Shown here in pieces: positions 12,897 to 25,193 of a DNA stretch of 64,000 nt (positions are counted from its first letter, which is position 1; each line of letters starts with the position of its first letter). This DNA comes from Macrostomum lignano. Its lineage: Eukaryota. The stretch spans positions 62,001-126,000 of the forward strand of contig NIVC01000856.1 in NCBI GenBank assembly GCA_002269645.1, given 5' to 3'. The notes under the pieces are model-generated. The model had not been told where the DNA came from. It searched no databases and worked only from the letters and a program-made list of their open reading frames with translations. The position numbers were made by a program, and so were the translations under genes.

Positions 12897-15248
12897 ATGC
12901 CAGGCAGCAGCTCAACTTCAAGCAGCTCCGCTAACCAACAGCAGCAGCAAGCTCTGCTCAGCGGCATCACGGATCTTCGCTCCCAGTTGGAGGCGAAAAT
13001 TCGGGCAGCGAAAGATCAGCTGTCGGCTCGGCAGCGGGCCACCCACTCTGAGCAAGCAGCTCCGCCCCCGCCGCCGCCGCCGCCGCCGCCGCCGCCTCAG
13101 CGAGTTGTCAGCGCCGACCAAGCCGAGGACAGGCGGCAGCTGCGCAGCAAGATCACTCGGGTTCGCTTAGACTTGGACCTGCTGCTGGCCAGGCAGAACT
13201 GCTTGCAGGAGCAGCAGAAATTGCGGCTTCTGCAACAGCAGCGGCGTCAGAAGCAGTTGCAGCAACAGCAGCAGCAGCAGCAAAAAAAGCAGCAGCCAAG
13301 GCGACAGCTGGTCAATCGAGCCAGGTTGAGTCAGGCGGCCTCCGGCAGGCTGCGCCGCGGCTCGTCCGGGAAATTCAGTCTTCACCGACGGTCGGCCGGC
13401 CAGCTGCTGAAGCGGCAGAGCAGCAACGGCTCCGCCTCGCTGGATCCGATTCGAAGGTCCAGGTGAGCATCAGAAACTCCTAGCGACTCTGGGGCAACTC
13501 TTGTGGCTTTTTAACGACTCAAACGACTGTACATAATGCTTGAATGTATATAGAGACGTCTTTTAAGTCGCGAGTGCATCACGTGACTCGCTCAAAAGTC
13601 GTTATGCTTAACTTTCTACTAACTTAAGTAGGCTAAACAGAGTTGTTTGTCGACTCTTTGACGACTTTTTGGCAACTTGTTCTGAAACTTACTGTCGTTT
13701 TAGCGTCTAAGAGTCAACTGCACATTATTTTAGTATTTTCAACTCTTTATCTCTCCTACCAGAACTCTGGTTGCCAGGGCGAAGCTTCGGCTGCGTAAGA
13801 AGCGCATCTACTGCGTGTTCTACTGCCGCTTCGGCCACTGCCGACGGGCCAACAACTGCATTTACCTGCACGACCCCAATATGGTGGCCATCTGTAAACG
13901 GTGAGCTGCCTGTTTGTTAGTTTTGTCTGACAGGAGGATAAATTATGCTGTCTTGGTGAAACAGGGGACAAATCATGTCTAACAGGTGATTAATCACATG
14001 CTTGGGCTTGGGCGCAACCTTGGGATTCACTCGGTCGTTTCTATTTAGACAACACATACACGTAAGTCGCTATTGGACGGAATAGTAGTCACGTGACTGC
14101 TCTCAGCCAATAGCGACTTACATGTGTGTGTTGCCAATAGAAACGGCCGGGTGATTCCCAAAGTTGCGCATGTATGATTAATCATGCCTCACAGGTAATA
14201 AATCATGTCTCACATGTAATAAATCATGTCTCACAGGTAATAAACCATGTCTCACAGGTAATAAATCATGTCTCACAGGTAATAAATCATGTCTCACATG
14301 TAATAAATAATGTCTCACATGTAATAAATCATGTCTCACAGGTAATAAATCATGTCTCACAGCTGATTAATCATGTCTCACAGGTGATTAATCATGTCCT
14401 AAATGTAATAAATCATGTCTCACAGCTGATTAATCATGTCTCACATGTAATAAATCATGTCTCACATGTAATAAATCATGTCTCACATGTAATAAATCAT
14501 GTCTCACATGTAATAAATCATGTCTCACATGTAATAAATCATGTCTCACAGGTAATAAATCATGTCTCACATGTAATAAATAATGTCTCACATGTAATAA
14601 ATCATGTCTCACAGGTAATATATCATGTCTCACAGCTGATTAATCATGTCTCACATGTAATAAATCATGTCTCACAGGTGATTAATCATGTCTCACATGT
14701 AATAAATCATGTCTCACATGTAATAAATCATGTCTCACATGTAATAAATCATGTCTCACAGGTGATTAATCATGTCTCACATGTATGTCTCACAGGTAAT
14801 AAATTATGTCTAACCCTGTGTCATTCGCAGTTTTCTAAAGCGCGGAGGCGCCTGTGACGCCGGTCCCAACTGCCGCCTGTCGCACTGCCTGGACCCGGCC
14901 AAGCTGCCAAGCTGCGAGTTTTACGACACCCCGGCCGGCTGCAACCGGCCAGCCTGCCCTTACCGGCATGTCCGCTACCCGGCCGGGACACCAGTCTGTC
15001 CGGATTTCCGCCTGCTCGGACACTGTCGCCGCGGAGTTCAATGCCCGCTGAAGCACCTCTGGACTAAAGAGGCCGGCCGTTCCGAGAAAGTCGACGAGGC
15101 GCCGTCGACGAAGCCTTCGGAATTGTCGAACAGCCAGCGCGGTGATGAAGCGGAGCTGGAGAAGGACGCGTCCTACATTCCAGTGCCGCGATACATTGAG
15201 GAGGACTCCGAGGGAGACGAATTCGATGAGACTGTTGATGCCGAGTGA
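12897..15248 (+). CDS. ZC3H3: CCCH zinc-finger protein, ZC3H3-like (3 exons)
   Basis: Exons 12897-13462, 13763-13900 and 14831-15248 join in frame through GT-AG introns. Tandem CCCH fingers YCVFYCRFGHC...HDPNMVAICKRFL and LPSCEFY...CPYRH...CPDF...C.RG.QCPLKH match the ZC3H3 C-terminal array. The true start may be further upstream. Confidence 0.8.
13970..14810. repeat. 21-bp minisatellite (AATAAATCATGTCTCACAGGT)n in ZC3H3 intron 2
   Basis: Seen directly; interrupted by a MITE. Confidence 0.95.
13997..14176. mobile_element. hAT-type MITE, copy 1 (180 bp)
   Basis: Perfect 8-bp TSD ATTAATCA (13989-13996 and 14177-14184). Ends CATGC...GCGCAAC and GTTGCGCATGTATG; internally palindromic. A homologous copy is at 41983-42147. 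Confidence 0.85.
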
Positions 15249-15259
15249 TTTGGGCTTAG

Positions 15260-15825
15260 GGTAGATTGTAGTTGTGGTCCAGGTGGGTAGATTGTAGTTG
15301 TGGTCCAGGTGGGTAGATTGTAGTTGTGGTCCAGGTGGGTAGATTGTAGTTTTGGTCCAGATGGGTAGATTGTAGTTTTGGTCCAGGTGGGTAGATTTTA
15401 GTTGTGGTCCAGGTGGGTAGATTGTAGTTTTGGTCCAGGTGGGTAGATTGTAGTTGTGGTCCAGGTGGGTAGATTGTAGTTTTGGTCCAGATGGGTAGAT
15501 TGTAGTTTTGGTCCAGGTGGGTAGATTGTAGTTTTGGTCCAGGTGGGTAGATTGTAGTTTTGGTCCAGGTGGGTAGATTGTAGTTTTGGTCCAGGTGGGT
15601 AGATTGTAGTTTTGGTCCAGGTGGGTAGATTGTAGTTTTGGTCCAGGTGGGTAGATTGTAGTTTTGGTCCAGGTGGGTAGATTGTAGTTTTGGTCCAGGT
15701 GGGTAGATTGTAGTTTTGGTCCAGGTGGGTAGATTGTAGTTTTTATCCAGGTGGGTAGATTGTAGTTTTGGTCCAGGTGGGTAAATTATAGTTTCAGTCC
15801 AATTGGGTAGATTGTAGTTTCAGTC
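15260..15825. repeat. 26-bp minisatellite (GTGGGTAGATTGTAGTTTTGGTCCAG)n
   Basis: Seen directly, starting about 10 bp after the ZC3H3 stop. Confidence 0.95.
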
Positions 15826-16231
15826 CATGTCCGTAGATTAGTCGGTAGTTTCGGTGAAGATTGGTACGATTGCAGTGGGTAATTTTACAATCAGTAAGTA
15901 CTAAGTAAAATGGGTTGGGTACATTTTGGCGAAGCAGACTAACTGCTGAATATTCTCCATCGTCACTGGTACGTGTACCGTCTTTTAATTTTAATGCCAG
16001 TTATTATTTTTGTCGTATAATAATTATAAATGATTATATAAGAGTGCAATGCAAAGTCTAGACTACAGTGCCCTTTAAAGGCTTTGATCTTGTAAAATGT
16101 ATTGAGTAATTCTCAGATATTCCTGCTCTCTATCTATAGCCTCGTCATCAGCTTTCCATATTGTAATTGATTATTTATTCGTTTAATTATTTCACTTGAT
16201 ATTTCATATTGCATTTCTGTCTTGTCGGTGT

Positions 16232-16600
16232 TGACGCCCTCTGACATCCGATGTTGGCGCCCTCTGACACCCGATGTTGGCGCCCTCTGACACCCGATGT
16301 TGGCGCCCTCTGACACCCGATTAGGGCGCCCTCTGACACCCGATTAGGGCGCCCTCTGACACCCGATGTTGGCGCCCTCTGACACCCGATTAGAGCGCCC
16401 TCTGACACCCGATTAGGGCGCCCTCTGACACCCAAAGTTGGCGCCCTCTGACACCCAAAGTTGGCGCCCTCTGACACCCGATGTTGGCGCCCTCTGACAC
16501 CCGATGTTGGCGCCCTCTGACACCCAAAGTTGGCGCCCTCTGACACCCAATGTTGGCGCCCTCTGACACCCTATGTTGGCGCCCTCTGACAGACTGACAC
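16232..16600. repeat. 23-bp minisatellite (GCCCTCTGACACCCGATGTTGGC)n
   Basis: Seen directly. Confidence 0.95.
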
Positions 16601-16894
16601 CCGATGAGGGTGCCCTCTGCGTCTAACAGCCCTTAAATGCCAGTTTAAGTGATTCATAATATTTTAAGTTGTTTTACTTTTGAAAAAATGAAATTGTGAG
16701 TATTTGTGTTGCATTATTCTGTGTACAGCTTAATGGTAGTTTATTGTAAAATAATTTTTTAGCAAACTAGAACTGCAAATAAATGTGAAGTTGGTGACCA
16801 AAAGATCTCTTGATAGTGGATATAGTTTTTTTAATTTTTGTTTTTTACATCCGTAGATTGCTAAACTTTAACTGCCGTCTACTCAATTAAAGCT

Positions 16895-18062
16895 CAAACT
16901 ACAATCTGCTCAAATAAGACTCCAAACTACAATCTGCTCAAATAAGACTCCAAACTACAATCTGCTCAAATAAGACTCCAAACTACAATCTGCTCAAATA
17001 AGACTCCAAACTACAGTCTGCTCAAATCAGACTCCAAACTACAGTCTGCTCAAATCAGACTCCAAACTACAATCTGCTCAAATAAGACTCCAAACTACAA
17101 TCTGCTCAAATCAGACTCCAAACTACAGTCTGCTCAAATAAGACTCCAGACTACAATCTGCTCAAATCAGACTCCAAACTACAATCTGCTCAAATCAGAC
17201 TCCAGACTACAATCTGCTCAAATCAGACTCCAAACTACAGTCTGCTCAAGTCAGACTGCAAACTATCTGCTCAAATCACACTAGAGACTACAATCTGCTC
17301 AAGTCAGACTCCAAACTACAGTCTGCTCAAATAAGACTCCAAACTACAATCTGCTCAAGTCAGACTGCAAACTAAAATCTGCTCAAATCACACTCGAAAC
17401 TACAATCTGCTCAAATCAGACTCCAAACTACAATCTGCTCAAGTCAGACTCCAAACTACATTCTGCTCAAGTCAGACTGCAAACTACAATCTGCTCAAAT
17501 CACACTCGAAACTACAATCTGCTCAAATCAGACTCCAAACTACAATCTGCTCAAGTCAGACTCCAAACTACATTCTGCTCAAGTCAGACTCCAAACTACA
17601 ATCTGCTCAAATCAGTCTCCAAACTACATTCTGCTCAAGTCAGACTCCAAACTACAATCTGCTCAAGTCAGACTCCAAACTACACATTCTGCTCAAGTCA
17701 GACTCCAAACTACAATCTGCTCAAATCAGTCTCCAAACTACATTCTGCTCAAGTCAGACTCCAAACTACAATCTGCTCAAATCAGTCTCCAAACTACATT
17801 CTGCTCAAATCAGACTCCAAACTACATTCTGCTCAAGTCAGACTCCAAACTACATTCTGCTCAAATCAGACTCCAAACTACAATCTGCTCAAGTCAGACT
17901 CCAAACTACATTCTGCTCAAGTCAGACTCCAAACTACATTCTGCTCAAGTCAGACTCCAAACTACATTCTGCTCAAGTCAGACTCCAAACTACAATCTGC
18001 TCAAATCAGTCTCCAAACTACATTCTGCTCAAGTCAGACTCCAAACTACAATCTGCTCAAAT
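16895..18062. repeat. 28-bp minisatellite (CAAACTACAATCTGCTCAAATCAGACTC)n
   Basis: Seen directly; ends about 20 bp before the next ATG. Confidence 0.95.
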
Positions 18063-18085
18063 CCAAATTTTACTGCCAATCTAAT

Positions 18086-18609
18086 ATGAGTTCCATCACA
18101 GCAGTTTATCATCTGCTGCTTTGGTTGGCGTTGCTTCTGCCTCAGCTGCCCGAGACTCTGGCCGGCGTGACGGACGAGGACAACAGCAGCAAGGAGACTC
18201 CGCCAGTGTACTGCGCCTGGCTGTCCTGGACCAGCTGCGAAGGCTGCCAGCAGCCGGCCAGTCGCAGCCGACGCTGCCACTGCGAGTCGGTGGAATTCCA
18301 CCCGCCGCATGAAAGTCGGCAGTGCGGCGCTGACGAACGGCAGAGCGAGGACTGCTCGGAGACCTACGCTAACAGCTCCTGCTTCTACACCTGGCCCAGC
18401 ACTAGCATTGTCATGCTGGGCCTCGGCCTGCTGCTGCTCACTGCCGTGCTGCTGGCCTGCGCCAGGCTCAGGCAGTACTATGGCCGCTTCGTCTGCTGCT
18501 GCAGCGGCAGTAGGGATGCACGGCGCACCGCCGGCCGGACCGATGGGGGCGTGGGCAGCCGGCGCAGGACTGCCGGGTGAGACTGACTGTCTATCTCTGT
18601 CTATCTATC

Positions 18610-18647
<38 letters not shown>

Positions 18648-18649
18648 AT

Positions 18650-18718
<69 letters not shown>

Positions 18719-18739
18719 GTCTGTCTGTCTGTCTATCAT

Positions 18740-18826
<87 letters not shown>

Positions 18827-19910
18827 GTCTGTCTGTCTGTCTGTCAATCGATCCATCCATCTATCTACAAGCAGAATTTTAGCACATCAGTTCAATCCCG
18901 ACCCCTCCCGCAGACCTGACGCAGATTTCCGCGATCCCGCATTCGATTTTCCGCCTCCTTTCCACGTGGCCGTCGCTGACTGGCCGCCTGCCTACACTGT
19001 GGAGCCGCCGCCGCAGCCGATCGCAGCCTGCACGTCTTCCGCCGAGGATTTCCCGCCGCCCTACGAGGAATCCGCGGCTCGATTCAAACTCGAAATTCGA
19101 TTCGCTACGCAGCGCTGGTCGCCTGCAAGCGCGGCTTCCGCTGCTGCCGAAGCCGCAAATGCCAGCTGCATCGACCAAATCGGGGTTGACAATGCCGTCA
19201 GCCAATCGGATTCGGTGCAGATCGATCCAGCCAGCCAATCAGCTTCTAGGGAGGAAAACTCCGCTATTCCATCAGATGTGAAGGAGGAAAATTGTGCCAT
19301 CGAATCGTATTCGAGATGTGAAAATCCTGCCAGCCAATCGGATTCGAGATATGAAAATCCTGCCAGCCAATCGGAATCGAGATGTGAAAATCCTACCAGC
19401 CAATCGGATTCGAGATGTGAAAATCCTGCCAGCCAATCGGATTCAGGATGTGAAAATCCTGCCAGCCAATCGGATTCAAGATGTGAAAATCCTGCCAGCC
19501 AATCGGAATCGAGATGTGATAATCCTGCTAGCCAATCGGATTCAAGATGTGAAAATCCTGCCAGCCAATCGGAATCGAGATGTGATAATCCTGCTAGCCA
19601 ATCGGATTCGAGATGTGAAAATCCTGCCAGCCAATCGGATTCGAGATGTGAAAATCCTGTCAGCCAATCGGATTCGAGATGTGAAAATCCTGCCAGCCAA
19701 TCGGATTCGAGATGTGAAAATAGTGCCAGCCAATTGGATTTCAAGGAGGAAAATCTTGTCAGCCAATCCGAATTACGGGAGGAAACTCCTGCCAGCCAAT
19801 CGGATCTGAGCAGACAATCAGCGCAAGCTGGAGTATCGGAGTGCGATGCCACACCGGAACAGTCTGGCGGAGTCGAAAATGCGGCGTTCTGCAGCAAACC
19901 GGAGATCTGA
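18086..19910 (+). CDS. Single-pass membrane protein: signal peptide, TSP1-like domain, TM helix, Cys-rich juxtamembrane segment, PY motifs and 11-aa repeats (2 exons)
   Basis: Exons 18086-18576 and 18875-19910 join in phase 2 across a (TCTG)n intron. WLSWTSCEGC...RSRRC is TSP1-like. Hydrophobic stretch IVMLGLGLLLLTAVLLACA, then CCCS, PPAY and PPPY. Confidence 0.7.
18587..18845. repeat. (TCTG)n microsatellite filling the intron
   Basis: Seen directly. Confidence 0.95.
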
Positions 19911-21649
19911 GATTCTTTTATAAACAGTGGCCTGTTGCTTTAATAACACGTGGTCAAAGCCGTTAATTTCAAAGCGTTAATTTACCTTTATTGCACCTTG
20001 ACGCGATTCTGTACGAACAGAACTTTTTAAGTCACCTTTTCTGTCACTGTTCTCCGGATCTTATTCTTAGTTTTGGTTTTCAGCATTCAAATTCGCGCCA
20101 GATTAAGTCCGGAAATTTACATGATGAAATCGGTTTTTTTGGCGCGAATTTAAATTGTTAAATTAAAATTTTTAAGCACAGGTTTTGCTAATGCAGCTCG
20201 TATTTTGGCAGTTTTCGACACATTCCAAGGCAATATGTATCTCGCCTAGTTATTTCTATGCGACTTGGTCTCTAAAAATTTTTCTGTTGTGGTTGTATGT
20301 TTAGCTCACTACTAGTCAGTTTTTTATAACTGAAATTCTTTTCAGCGCTGTGAGTTGGTAGAGAGATTTTTCCAGAAATATATACGCTGTCTATAATATA
20401 ATTGTCTATAATTTACACGGAATGCGTTTTTTCAAAGTTAAAAATATTTAAATAAAATCATGCGTTGATTTTGCTACTGTCAGTAGAAATATAAAAATGT
20501 AGTACTTGTTTTTTATTTAAAATTCGAGAATCCGGTACCAGTCCGTTGAGATTTTGATTTATGAAAACTCGTCAAGATGGCTAACCTAATGGGATTTTAG
20601 CTGGCCACGCACTGGTGCCCATTGAGTCGAGCCTCAATGTAGGTAGCAGGTTTTCTATGGAAATTCTGAGTAGGCGACCTGTTCGTTCAAATGCAGAGCG
20701 GAGGCCCCGCCGTTTGCTGGTTTGTCAGCGCAGACGCCAGAAGTACATGCAACAGCAGCAGCGATTTCTTCATTTTGCTTGCTTTTAGAATCGCTCTTAG
20801 AAGTTGTGATGGAAGTTGTTGAAGACATCAAAAATCTCCCTGTGTGCGGCTTTCGACTTGCAATTACATGTAGTTCAGTTTAAGGTGCGGATTCTAATGT
20901 CTTAATGTCTAAAGCTACTTTAGCATTAAATACGTTTCCTTTAGCAGTTATATGTGCGAACATTATTACTGTATCTCATAGGAGCGTATTTAAGAGTATT
21001 TTTGAAATAAGGCAATTCAAGTAGAAATCTATAGGGATGTCCGTCCAGACAACGTTATTACCATGCTATTTAGCCAGATTCTCAGCTGCTGGGCCAGCCT
21101 CCCAGATCCTCAGTTGCTGGGCCAGCCTCCCAGAGCCTCAGTTGCTGGGCCAAAGAATTGTGGGTAAACGGCACGAGTAACTATGACCATATTTTAAAGG
21201 CTAAATGCCTCGCCAGCTAATTAGTGCAGATTTCGCGGTTTTTATTACAGCTAATCAGTATATCATAATGGCGGCCTGAGGCAATTAGTAATGATGACAA
21301 TGAGTAAAGACATGTAATGACAAAAGTCATGATTCATGAATGTCTAGAAGTAAGTGAAGTGAATACAGTGTGGCCTATAGCTCAAGAATAATTTCACTTG
21401 CTAGACGATTTGGCATGGAAGATGAGAGCCCTGATTCAGATGGCTCATCAGATGCAGAATACAAATCCAGTAGAGATACAAGCTGTGAAAACCCACAGAT
21501 TTTGAAACCACTGAATTCCAATTCCCGGAACTATTTTGCATAGATTCTTAAATTTGAAGTCATGCTCAAACAAAAACTTGTTAACAGTTAGGAAAAAGGC
21601 AAACAAGGATGGGAGTAAATGCATGTTAAATTAAGATTTGAGGCCTTTG

Positions 21650-22355
21650 CAAATTCTCTCCTTTCCTCAATCTTCTCATCCTCTTTTTCTTTTCTCTCTC
21701 ATCCCTCATCCCTTCTCTCTTTCCTCTCCTCTCTCCTCTCTTTCCTCCTCTCTTATCTCTTCTGTCTCCTGTCTACATTCTTATCTCTCCTCTCGTCTCT
21801 CTCCACTTCACTCTACTCTCTCATCTTATCTCTCCTCTCGTCTCTCTCCACTTCACTCTACTCTCTCATCTCATCTCTCTTCTCTTCTCTACTCTCTTAT
21901 CTCTCCTCTCTTCACTCTCCTCTTATCTCCTCCTTATCCTCTCTTCTCTCGTCTACTCTCTTATCTCCTTTCTTCTCTCCTCTTTCCTCTTTCCTCTCTT
22001 TTCTGATCTCATCCATCATCATATCTTTCCTCTTTCCTCTCATCTCTCTCATCTCTCTCCTCCCTCAGCTTTTCTCTCATCTTCTATCTTTTCTCCCATT
22101 GCATCGCTCGCCTCTCCTCTGTTTGCTTATCTCCAATCTTCTATTCCCTCTACTTTGAAGTAAGAAAATATGCACACATTTTTGCTGAAGATAAGAGGAG
22201 AGAAGAGGGCATTGAGGAGAAAGGGTAGAGAGAAAAGGGGAGAAAGGAGAGGGGAGAAGAGAGGAGAGTAAAAATGAAAGGAGAGAGAAGAGGGAAAAAG
22301 GGGAGAGAGAGAAGAGGGGAGGCAAGGTAGAGAAGAAGAGAGAGATGAGAGTTGA
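21650..22355. repeat. CT-rich then GA-rich low-complexity tracts
   Basis: Pyrimidine-rich about 21650-22150 and purine-rich about 22190-22355. Confidence 0.85.
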
Positions 22356-22589
22356 AGAGACACCAACCTTGCTAGTTAGAAAGTTTCAAAGAACCCGAGG
22401 GGCGAGGGCCAGATAGAGGGGCTTCGCGAGCTGGACTTTGCCGACCCCTGCTCCGGAGTTAAAGAAATCAATGGGAAACTGTTGACATAGGCTGCTGATT
22501 TCAAAGATCTTGTCTGTGGTTGAAGGCTTTTATTCTGTTTTTTTGCTCTCCTGCCACACTTGCACCTACTACCCCTTGATCGCCTCTGA

Positions 22590-23610
22590 TTGCGACTTAC
22601 TTCCCTCTTATTGCGACTTAGTTGCTTCTTTTTGCGACTTACCTAATCCTTTTGCGACTTACCTAATCCTTTTGCGACTTACCTAATCCTTTTTGCGACT
22701 TACCCAATCCTTTTTGCGACTTACCCAATCCTTTTTGCGACTTACCTAATCCTTTTTGCGACTTACCTAATCTTTTTGCGACTTGACCTAATCCTTTTGC
22801 GACTTACCTAATCCTTTTGCGACTTACCTAATCCTTTTGCGACTTACCTAATCCTTTTGCGACTTACCTAATCCTTTTTGCGACTTACCTAATCCTTTTT
22901 GCGACTTACCTAACCCTTTTTGCGACTTACCTAATCCTTTTGCGACTTACCTAACCCTTTTTGCGACTTACCTAATCCTTTTGCGACTTACCTAATCTTT
23001 TTGCGACTTACCTAATCCTTTTGCGACTTACCTAATCCTTTTTGCGACTTACCTAATCCTTTTGCGACTTGACCTAATCCTTTTTGTGACTTAGTTGCTC
23101 CTTTTGCGTCTTACCTAATCTTTTTGCGACTTACCTAATCCTTTTGCGACTTACCTAATCCTTTTTGCGACTTACCTAATCCTTTTGCGACTTACCTAAT
23201 CTTTTTGCGACTTACCTAATCCTTTTGCGACTTACCTAATCCTTTTTGCGACTTGACCTAATCCTTTTTGCGACTTACCTAATCTTTTTGCGACTTGACC
23301 TAATCCTTTTTGTGACTTAGTTGCTCCTTTTGCGTCTTACCTAATCTTTTTGCGACTTGACCTAATCCTTTTTGCGACTTACCTAATCTTTTTGCGACTT
23401 GACCTAATCCTTTTTGTGACTTAGTTGCTCCTTTTGCGTCTTACCTAATCCTTTTTGTGACTTAGTTGCTCCTTTTGCGTCTTACCTAATCTTTTTGCGA
23501 CTTACCTAACCCTTTTGCGACTTACCTAACCCTTTTGCGACTTACCTAATCCTTTTGCGACTTACCGAATCCTTTTTGCAACTTAGTTGCTCCTTTTGCG
23601 ACTTACCTAA
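22590..23610. repeat. 21-22-bp minisatellite (TTGCGACTTACCTAATCCTTT)n
   Basis: Seen directly. Confidence 0.95.
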
Positions 23611-24279
23611 TCATTTGTGCAACTTAATTTGCTTCTGCTGCAACTTGTTTTTCTTTAATTGCTTCACCATTTTACTTCCCTATATTGCTCTTTCCTCTTG
23701 CATTTTTTCGTTTTTGGTCAACTCAATTTTGCGACTTACCCTGGTCCACCACAATTTACGGTGGCCGGATCGGCCAGCTCGGCCAGCAGTTGCGCATGTA
23801 TGCTGCCAGATATTGGTGCGTTGTAATAAAGGAACCAGATCAAACGAGATTATTCAAATAGATTTGACGTTTGTTAAAAAAAGGTCAGACGGACGAATGT
23901 TCAAATATCGGTGCGAAATGCTTTAGCATTTATGCGCATTTTCAGTCGGACATGCACAATTTCAAACGCATGATTAACAGTTGCATTTGACACGGTGGGA
24001 AATGAAGTTAGAAAGCAAAAGTACATATTCAGAGCCAAACTGAAGCTATTGATATAAATGCGGCTTGACAATTAAATATGGGTTATATTTAAGACAGACA
24101 GTCAATTATTTTAAAGTATATTTACAAGTAGAAATGCCAGATACTAAAATAATTTGTGAAGCCATCAATTCATTGCGGCATTTTGACACGACACGTGTAT
24201 TATTACTACTGCCATGTCATTTTATTTTTTTCAAGAGTTCACTTACTACAACAGGAAGACATACACGAACATCCTAGCA

Positions 24280-25025
24280 TTTCACCTCAACCAATCTAAT
24301 CTCACATCCGATCTTTCTCACCTCACCCAATCTAATCTCACACCCGATTATCTCACCCCACCTCACCCAATCCTGATCTATTTCACCCCACCCTATCTAA
24401 TCTCACAGCTGATTTATTTCACCTAACAAAATCTAATCTCACATCTGATCTGATCTATCTCACCTCACCCAATCTAATCTCACATCCGATCATCTCATCT
24501 CACCCAATCTAATCTCAACTCTGAACTATCTAATCTCGCCTCACCCAATCTAATCTCATATCTGATCCATCTTAACTCACTCAATCTAATCTGACAACTG
24601 ATCAATCTCATCTCACCCAATCTAATCTCACATCCGATCTTTCTCACCTCACCCAATCTAATCTCACATCCGATAATCTCATCTCATCTCACACAATCTA
24701 ATCTCATTTGATCTATCTCACCTCACCTCACCCAATCTCACACCTGATCTATTTCACCTCACCCTATCTAATCTCACAGCTGATTTATTTCACCTAACAA
24801 AATCTAATCTCACATCTGATCTGATCTATCTCACCTCACCCAATCTAATCTGACATCCGATCATCTCATCTCACCCAATCTAATCTCAAATCTGAACTAT
24901 CTCACCTCGCCTCACCCAATCTAATCTCATATCTGATCCATCTTAACTCACTCAATCTAATCTGACAACTGATCTATCTCATCTCACCCAAACAAATCTC
25001 ACATCTTGTCTCAAAGAATCTCACC
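24280..25025. repeat. Degenerate CTCACCCAATCTAAT-core minisatellite with an internal ~250-bp higher-order duplication
   Basis: Blocks at about 24376-24620 and 24746-24990 are near-identical. Confidence 0.85.
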
Positions 25026-25193
25026 CCTTTACATCTAATTAAATATTTAATTATCTTACGTGATTTAACTTGAATGTGATTCATGGAGAATTATGATTTA
25101 GATCTGAACTAACGACAATGACAAATTCTGATCAAAGGTAAAAAATTCGAGCAGATGTTTGGGTTACCAGTCGGATATTGTAAACGCGCTGAT

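Noticed and set aside
18309-19910. A single 533-aa ORF
   Set aside because: Its first third is an off-frame reading of exon 1 plus the (TCTG)n intron; the two-exon model fits better.
22437-22450. A complete hAT element ending here
   Set aside because: Only the right TIR is visible; no matching left TIR or TSD was found.
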